From Octopus vulgaris (taxonomy: Eukaryota), in assembly GCA_951406725.2 (NCBI GenBank), contig OX597825.1, positions 65,534,001-65,598,000 of the forward strand: DNA of 64,000 nucleotides, in the 5' to 3' direction. This document shows positions 56,024 to 64,000 of this stretch, piece by piece. Numbering within the stretch: the first letter of the stretch is position 1; every line of letters starts with the position of its first letter. The position numbers and the translations under genes are program-made. Below the pieces are notes generated by a model. That model searched no databases, was not told the DNA's origin, and saw nothing but the letters and a program-made list of their open reading frames with translations.

Positions 56024-56786
56024 CGTTATGTCTTACTGTATCAAATCTTTCCAATTATAACTCAAATCATCCAAACAACAATAGGTTCTGAGAATATGGG
56101 ATTCTTAAAACATGAAGAAGAAAAAAAAATGATTGAAAAACTGAAAATGGTGTTACCACAATTTGCAGAAAAAAAATTTTGACAGAAGTTATAACAGAAA
56201 TGTTTGAGTTGTGACTCCCATTTCAAATTACAATATTAAATAGAAAATATTCTACATTTGTTTTATCATATATTGGCAAGCAATCATTGCATCTTAGCTG
56301 TTCTTTTTTTCTTTTTCTTTTATTTTTGTATGGTTCTTCTTTTAGTGCAGGCTTATTCTTAAAGAAACATTTTTATATCAATTTATTTCTTATATATAAA
56401 TATATATATGTGTGTGTATGTGTGTTTTTATATATATATATGTGTGTTTGTGAATGTGTGCGTGTATGTGTGTGTGTTTTTATATATATATATGTGTGTG
56501 TTTGTGAATGTGTGTGTGTATGTGTGTGTGTGTGTTAAATAAATTTGTGTCAAGAAAATTGTGTCTGAATCAGTAAAACTTTTGTTCAATGTTAAGAAAA
56601 TCTGTTTATTGAGGTGCAGGAATGGCTGTGTGTTAAGAAGTTTGCTTCCCAACTACATGGTTTGGGGTTCAGTCCCACTGCATGGCACCTTGAGCAAGTG
56701 TCTTCTACTATAGCCTTGTATGGGGACTTTGATAGGTAGAAACTGAAAGAAGCCTGTTGTATGTGTGCATGTGTGTCTGTGCACAC

Positions 56787-56834
<48 letters not shown>

Positions 56835-56848
56835 TGTGTGGTGTGTGT

Positions 56849-56897
<49 letters not shown>

Positions 56898-56935
56898 TCC
56901 TCCACACCACTTGGCAACCAGTGTTGATATGTTTA

Positions 56936-57076
56936 TGTTAGGTCACACGTTCGGATGACCTCTACTCTCAACCTTGCTCTTCTCTGACTGCTACTCTCTG
57001 TCAACATCTAGACTTCTCCCTCTATATCTATGTATTGGGCTAGTCTACTTCATCATCTGGGGGCGTCAACACAACA
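56936..57076. mobile_element. Short solo LTR-like insertion inside a SINE A copy
   Basis: TGTT...AACA termini; 5-bp TSD GTTTA at 56931-35 and 57077-81; partial relative at about 43271-43330. Confidence 0.75.
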
Positions 57077-57759
57077 GTTTACCTCCCAATGGTATAGCTG
57101 TTTCACAAAAAAGACTAACTGAATAAGGACCAGCTTTAAAAAAAGAAAATGGCAAATACTGAGATCGATTTTCTTTTTTTTACTAAAAATCTTTCAAGGC
57201 AGTACCCCAGCATGACCACACTCTAATGACTGGAACAAATAAAAGATAAAAGATATGCAAAAATTTCTTCCACACATTTTCAGCGGGGGAACATACTGGA
57301 CAAGTTATATACAACTTTATAAACCATGTTGAACTATTGAACAAGAGCTTTAACAAGACAAACAAAACTAATATGATTCTGGAAAGTGTAAATGCATAAG
57401 CATTTATCAACTGTTGTATCCATATTTTGATGTCATCATTGTAGGCTTTCTTGATTCAAGATTTGTCCTACCCATTTCAGTTATTCTACTTCATGTTAAT
57501 ATATATATGTATATGTGTGTATGTATATATATATAATTTCATATTATTACATAACTGACTTCACAATTTGGGTATTCATAACAACATCCTGTGTAAGACA
57601 GTTTGATATTCTCTGTAAAAGCACAAAAACCAGTTTAAGGATTACATACTTTGTATTGTTGTTATTGGATTAGCAAAACAATTATGAGAATGGAACCAAG
57701 GGATAAGCCCCACTTTCCAGGAATTACCAGGTACATCAGCTAGAATATATATATATATA

Positions 57760-57974
57760 TGAGGGAGTGTTCCTGGCTTTGGTTAAAAGAAAATACACGA
57801 GGATCAGTTAATTATGATCTTATTCAACATATTCCCCTCTCAGATTAATGCACTTGTTGCAGTGGTCCTTCAGCTTTTTGGAAGGACTGGTGCATGCAAT
57901 AAGAACTCAGTAGTTTGGGCCTCCAACCAGGCCTTTCACAACATTCTTAAAGCCAAGAACTTGTTAGCACCCCG

Positions 57975-57977
<3 letters not shown>
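57760..57977 (-). mobile_element. Mariner-derived MITE
   Basis: Degenerate TIRs (TGAGGGAGTGTTCCTGGCTTT / AAAGCCAAGAACTTGTTAGCACCCCGTCA) in TA context; minus strand remnant NKCINLRGEYVE* of a transposase end. Confidence 0.75.
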
Positions 57978-58012
<35 letters not shown>

Positions 58013-58111
58013 ATAGAAATGGTAAGACAACAAAAGAATGAAAGGGACCTCGATATTATGTAAATAGAGGAATTTATCTGTAAATATATGTGACAATTAT
58101 TCGGTAGCCAT

Positions 58112-58172
58112 GATAAAACTCCGAGTTTCGGATGTCAGGGTGGAAACCCACTCCAGCGTCTCTTCAGTTATT
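58112..58172 (-). ncRNA. Type I hammerhead ribozyme motif (left arm)
   Basis: Minus strand ATAA CTGAAGA GACG...CATCC GAAA CTCGGAG TT TTAT. Confidence 0.55.
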
Positions 58173-58201
58173 GGGCCATCAAAAACAAAAAAGAAAGGTC
58201 C

Positions 58202-58262
58202 GATAACTGAAGAGATGCCAGCGTGGGTTTCTGCCCCAACATCCGAAACTCAGAGTTTTATC
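58202..58262 (+). ncRNA. Type I hammerhead ribozyme motif (right arm)
   Basis: Stem I GATAA/TTATC; CTGAAGA 58207-13; stem II GATG/CATC; GAAA 58245-48; stem III CTC-A-GAG; GUU triplet ending at 58257. Confidence 0.65.
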
Positions 58263-59396
58263 ATGGCTACTGAATAATTGTCAGATATTATGTTTACAGA
58301 TATATATGAATGATATGCTAATTTCTGCTTCTATGTACCACATAAATTTACAGCGTCTTCACCAACCTGGGGCTATAGAAGCAGACAGTTGGCTAAGTCA
58401 TCCTGTTGAGTTACTGAACCTGAAACCACTTGGTTGTGGGTGTTAGCTCTCTTGTTTGAACAACAGGAAAACTCATCATTGAAATCAATAGAAGATTCAT
58501 ATTTTTGCCTTTAGAGTATATACGTGATGTGATCATAAACATATGTGACGTACAGTACATATGTATAGATTTACGTTCACTGAGGTTCATATTGGACATA
58601 TGATAGGCCAAGAATTATGGTATATTCATAAGCGTGCATATATATTTCTGAGAGCGTGGCACTTATGTGTGTGTGTATATATATGTACATCTATATCACA
58701 GGAAATATATGTAAACAAATGTATGTGTAGCTGTGTGTGGATGTATGTGTGCTTGGGAGTGTCTGTGTGTGTGTGCATATCAGTGTGTGTGTATGCAAGT
58801 TTATACACACATATATATATGCACACACAGGCACTCACACATGTGCATGCATGTATTTATATGTATATATGTATGTATATACACATATATATGTATGCAC
58901 ACATACATGCATATATATATATATATATATTTAGTGAGAGAGACATGTATATATGTATGTATGAATGTATGTATGTATGTATGAATGAATGTATGAATAA
59001 GTATGTATATATATATACACACAACACATACATTATATACATAAGTAAGTTCTGTTGTGATCCTGTGTAGAGTCAATGAGATATCAGCCATATGAAGTCT
59101 GATGTTAAAACAGGATGTAACTAGATTCAATAGCAAAGTAATGAAGGCACCAGAAGATACCAAAATACTGACCATCTTACCAGTTCACTCATGTGTAACA
59201 TATTTAGTCTTTTAGTTTGTGAATTCTTGAGAATTTTTTGCAGTATTTAGTGTCTTCTTGTGATGTTTACTTGTTTTTGTTTTGTTGTTTCTGTTTTTGT
59301 TGCTGCTGTTGTTGTTGTTGTTCTTTAGTTTGACATCAATTAGGCTTATTCAGATAGTGGATCATTTGGTTTTCTTATATGTGTGTGTGTGTGTAT

Positions 59397-59437
<41 letters not shown>

Positions 59438-59554
59438 TATACATATATATATATATTATATGTGTGTGTACATACATATATGCATGCATATATATTTATG
59501 TATATATATATGTATATATTGAGAGATAGATAGATATAATATATCTGCCTTTGT

Positions 59555-59591
<37 letters not shown>

Positions 59592-59896
59592 CATTCTAAG
59601 TGATGGAACATGGTTTAGTGGTTAGAGTTTGCAGTTCACAATCATAAGGTCTTAAGTTCAATTTTCAATGGCATGTTGCGCCCCCAAGCAAGATACTTTA
59701 TTTTATGTGCAAAAATGAGTTAGTTGTACCTGTATTTGAAGGATTCACAGGGCCAGCCTTGTTGCATTCTTTGCCATGCTGAATCTCCCTGAGAACTATA
59801 TTGAGTGTAGGCATTTCAACCTCGGTGGTATTTGAACTCAGAATGTAGCGGATGACAAAATACAGCTAAGCATTTCGCACACTGTACTAATGATTC

Positions 59897-60130
59897 ATAT
59901 TTCTTTATTGCCCACAAAGGGCTAAACATAAAGGGGATAAACAAGGACAGACAAAGGGATTAAGTCGATTACATTGACCCCAGTGCATGACTGGTACTTA
60001 TTTAATTGACCCCGAAAGGATGAAAGACTAAGTCAACCTCGGCGGAATTTGAACTCAGAATGTAGCGGCAGACGAAATACCACTAAGCATTTCGCCCGGT
60101 GTGCTATCGTTTCTGCCTGCTCGCTGCCTT
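59897..60130 (-). mobile_element. Nin-domain-like SINE
   Basis: Colinear with 13175-13407. Confidence 0.85.
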
Positions 60131-60247
60131 TAATCCACAGTATAATGGAACCAGTAGTAGTAGGTGAGAAGAAGATAAAGATGGGAATGATGGGGTGCTT
60201 GATCAAACTCTCAATGTATAATATTTATATGTATTTATATGTATATA

Positions 60248-60565
60248 TGGAGGCACAATAGCCCAGTGGTTAGGGCAGCAGACTCGTGGTCGGAGGATCA
60301 CGGTTTCAATACCCAGACCGAGCGTTGTGTGTGTTTTTTGAGCGAAAACACCTAAAGCTCCACGAGGCTCTGGCAGGGGTTGGTGGCGACCCCTGTTGTA
60401 CTCTTTCGCCTCAACTTTCTCTCACTCTCTCTTCCTGTTTCTTGAGTAACACTGCAATCGACTGCCGTCCTGTCCAGCTGGGGGCAACACATACTCCACA
60501 GAAACCAGGAAACTGGGCCCTTGATCCTGGCCAGGCTTGAAAAGGGCGCATAAATAAAAAAAAAA
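60248..60565 (+). mobile_element. tRNA-derived SINE head A with tail X
   Basis: Colinear with the 21984 copy; A-rich end. Confidence 0.88.
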
Positions 60566-61120
60566 TATGTATATATAATTTATATGTACATGTATAGTAT
60601 GTATAATATGTATAATATAATACATAGACATGTATTTGAGTACGTATATATATATATATGAATATATAACATTTTAGGCATGTGTTTGAGTACATATGTG
60701 CATGTATCAATATGTATGCATGTGAGTGTGTGTGCATATGAGTCTATGCGTACTTAATTGAAATAAACATTTTTGAAATAAACAGGAAAATGTTCATTCA
60801 TCTATCTTCCTGTTTATTTTAATTATCTCTTCATAAATCTGACATGAAATATGTGAACATACTAAAGGCATATGTACATATGCAACATAACTGTCTTCAT
60901 TCACTCTTTGTTTACTATGGAAATAGCTTGATATCAGCAGGAGGGCCTTATGAAGTTTCTTCCTTGCAAAGATATTGCCTGGAAAGCCGGCTATATATTC
61001 TTGTAAATAGCGATTCGTTATAAGCTTGATATGATAGACTAACAACTGTGTTAAAAGTAGTGGTTGTTCTTGATCTTTTAGCTGCTGTTGGTTGGTGTCT
61101 GGTAATATTAGTCAAGAAGT

Positions 61121-61915
61121 AAGGCAGTGAGCTGGGAGAAACCTTAGCACGCTGGGCGAAATGCTTAGTGGTATTTCGTCTGCCGTTACATTCTGAGTTC
61201 AAATTCCGCCGAGGTCAACTTTGCCTTTCCTCCTTTCGGGGTTGATTAAATAAGTACCAGTTATGCACTGGGGTCGATATAATCGATTTAATCCGTTTGT
61301 CTGTCCTTGTTTGTCCTCTCTGTGTTTAGCCCCTTGCTGTTACGTTCTGAGTTCAAATTCTGCCAAGGTCAACTTTGCCTTTCATCCTTTCAGAGTCAAT
61401 AAATTATGTACTAGTTGTGCACTGAGGTCAATATAATCAACTTAATCCCTTTTTCTGTCCTTGTTTCTCCCCTCTACGTTTAGCCCCTTGTGGGCAATAA
61501 AGAAATTAGAATCATTAGCATTTTGTACATCTTTATGTTCTGAGTTCAAATTCCACCTTTCAGGGTTGATAAAAAAAAATACCAGTTGATCATTTGGGTC
61601 AATGTAATTGACCCCCATAATTGCTACCCTTGGGTCAAAATTTGAGATCATTATTATTCTCATTAAGATGGTGAGCTCAAAGACTCGTTAGCACAAAGGT
61701 AAAATGCTTGGCAGCATTTCATCTGTCTTTACATTCTGAGTTCAAATTCTGCTGAAGTCGACTTTGCTTTTCATCCTTTCAGGGTCAATAAAATTAGTAC
61801 CAGTTACACACTGGCGTTGATGAAATCGACTTATCCCCTCCCCCAAAATTTCAGGCCTTGTGTCTTTTGTAGAGAGATTTATTATTATTATTATTATCAT
61901 AATTATTATTATTAA

Positions 61916-61957
<42 letters not shown>

Positions 61958-62145
61958 GGCAGTGAGCTGACAGATTCATTAGCATGCTGGGCAAAATGCT
62001 TAGTGACATCTTGTCTGTCTTTAGGTTCTAAGTTCAAATGCCACTGGGGTCAACTTTGCTTTGCATCCTTTTGGGGGTCGATAAAATAAAGACCAGTTAA
62101 CTCCTGCCCCATAACTGCTGGCCCTGTGCCAAAATTTGAAATCAT
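61121..62145 (+). mobile_element. Cluster of about five Nin-domain-like SINE units
   Basis: Repeated TTCTGAGTTCAAAT cores, all on the plus strand. Confidence 0.85.
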
Positions 62146-62182
62146 TACAAAGTTTCACAACACATATACATATATGTGTGTA

Positions 62183-62237
<55 letters not shown>

Positions 62238-62584
62238 CTGTATATGTGTTTGTGATGGTGGTTGTGGCAGTGCTGAAATTGAAGAAATGGTAGTGGTTGT
62301 GGTGATAGCAGTCATGATAGTGGTGATAGCAGTCATGATAGTGGTGATAATAATAGTGGCGGTGATGTGGTGGTGGTAATGGTAGCAGTGTTAGTAGTAG
62401 TAGACGTCATAGTGGTGGTAGCAGCAGCAGCAGCAACAGAAGTAGGAGGAGGGAGAAGAAGAGGAGGAGGAAGAGAAAGAGTAGGAAGAAGAGAGGAGGA
62501 AGAAGAGAAAAAGGAGGAGGAGAGAAAGAGGAGGAGGATGAATGTGATCAAGCCAGTATAGTGGACCCCATGCTCAGTCTAGAT

Positions 62585-62911
62585 CAGTTGTTCTCAAGCA
62601 GAGTCTATATGGCTCCTAAGGGTCCATATAAGATTTGGTGGGGTCCACGCAACAAATTAGTAAATTGTCTACAATAATATTTTAAGGGCCCCTGAAAAAA
62701 TTTTGCTTTAGATGTATGTATTGGTATGTATTGCAAGAAACAGCTAGGTTTCTTTCTCTAACATTTTACATAGTTCTACCAACACAAGTAAGAAGTTTGA
62801 AAGATGTTTCTATAAAATTAATCTTTAAACGTCAAATGGCTAAGAGGGTCCACCTGAATAAAATAGTAATCAAAGGGGTCCATAGATAAAAAAAATCGTT
62901 GAGAACCCCTG
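62585..62911. mobile_element. hAT (Charlie-like) MITE
   Basis: TIRs CAGTTGTTCTCAAG / GTTGAGAACCCCTG; 8-bp flanks GTCTAGAT and GTTTAAAT (6/8) fit the NTCTAGAN target; subterminal GGGTCC repeats. Confidence 0.8.
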
Positions 62912-62933
62912 GTTTAAATACAGTTCTATACTT

Positions 62934-63164
62934 GTCTCTTTACTCTTTACTCTTTTACTTGTTTCAGTCATGTTACTGTGGCCATGCTTGAGCACCGCCT
63001 TTAGTTGAGCAAATCAACCCCAGGACTTATTGTTTGTAAGCCTAGTACTTATTCTATCGGTCTCTTTTGCTGAACAACTAAGTTATGGGGATGTAAAGAC
63101 ACCAGCATCGATTGTCAAGTGATGTTGGGGGGACAAACACAGACACACAAACATATACACACAC

Positions 63165-63218
<54 letters not shown>

Positions 63219-63516
63219 CGGGCTTCTTTCAGTTTCCATCTACCAAATCCACTCACAAGGCTTTAGTAGGCCCGAGGCTATAGTAGACGACACTTGGCCA
63301 AAGTGCCATGCGGTGGGAATGAACCCAGAACCATGTGGTTGGTAAGCAAGCTACTAACCACACAGCCACTCTTGCATATTATCAAATTCACTCACAAGGC
63401 TTTGGTGGGCTAGAGACTATAGTAAAAGGCATTTGCCCAAGGTGCCACACAGTGGAACTGAACCCGGAACCATGTGGTTGGTAAGCAAGCTACTTACCAC
63501 ACAGCCACTCCTGCGT
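62934..63516 (-). mobile_element. SINE family A copy plus an adjacent duplicated head
   Basis: Full copy 62934-63376; second head segment 63382-63516. Confidence 0.88.
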
Positions 63517-64000
63517 ATTATCATTATCGTTCTGTTAAGATTGACAAAATAATGTACGAATCATCTTCTGAGGAAGGTGGCCAATATACTCAAAATTTAA
63601 TCTCTCTCTCTTCCCTAAATTGTTGATCACTGGCCAATTTTAGATATAAATATATCTTCTTTATCATCATCACCTTTGTTGCTTTAGACATTGTCATCAT
63701 CACTGTTATTGATGTTGCTGTTGTTATTTGGCCCCGGGTTAGACCTGACTGAGAAAACCTATGATCAAAGGCACTCCCACTATGACCCTGCTGTTTTTAT
63801 TTAGACATTCTGCACCAGTATGCTTACACTATGTTATGGAATATATCTTTGGTAGGGGGATGGGGGGGTAGTTGAGGGGGTTGTAGCAGAGGGGGGTGGG
63901 GCTGGAGTTGGGGTGCAGAATCTGTTACAATCACAGGATGCGATTCAAGGTAGATTTGGCTAATATTTCTTGGAGGTGAATGTTGTTGCTTCTTCTGTTC

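Larger units (their letters stand above)
58010..58302. mobile_element. Asymmetric foldback element (Penelope-like inverted pLTR pair) in (TA)n
   Basis: Arms 58075-58177 and 58197-58302; unpaired extension 58010-58074; hammerhead core in each arm. Confidence 0.75.

Noticed and set aside
60863-61045. 183-nt open minus-strand segment between CAG and GTATGT
   Set aside because: Weak splice context and no recognisable protein similarity

Overview
AT-rich, repeat-saturated eukaryotic DNA with dense (TA)n, (CA)n, (AAT)n, (GAT)n and (TACA)n microsatellites and several tRNA-derived SINE families. The repeat landscape points to an octopus genome (inference). No complete protein-coding gene is visible, and almost all ORFs in the track are microsatellite or SINE artefacts. 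Supported mobile elements are many SINEs (some nested with target-site duplications), 3' fragments of RTE and R4/Dong-type LINEs, mariner/Tc1 and hAT non-autonomous elements, and a 141-bp solo LTR. The most interesting signal is a set of short elements inserted in (TA)n tracts, often as foldbacks, that carry type I hammerhead-ribozyme cores (CTGAnGA...GAAAC-palindrome-GTH). The best are at 5525-5602 and on both arms of the hairpin at 58075-58302; they resemble Penelope-like pseudo-LTRs. A second signal is a series of minus-strand splice acceptors followed by short stop-terminated reading frames (32176, 27530, 18597, 14474, 7096), suggesting alternative last exons of an unidentified gene. Repeat boundaries are approximate unless TSDs or TIRs are quoted.
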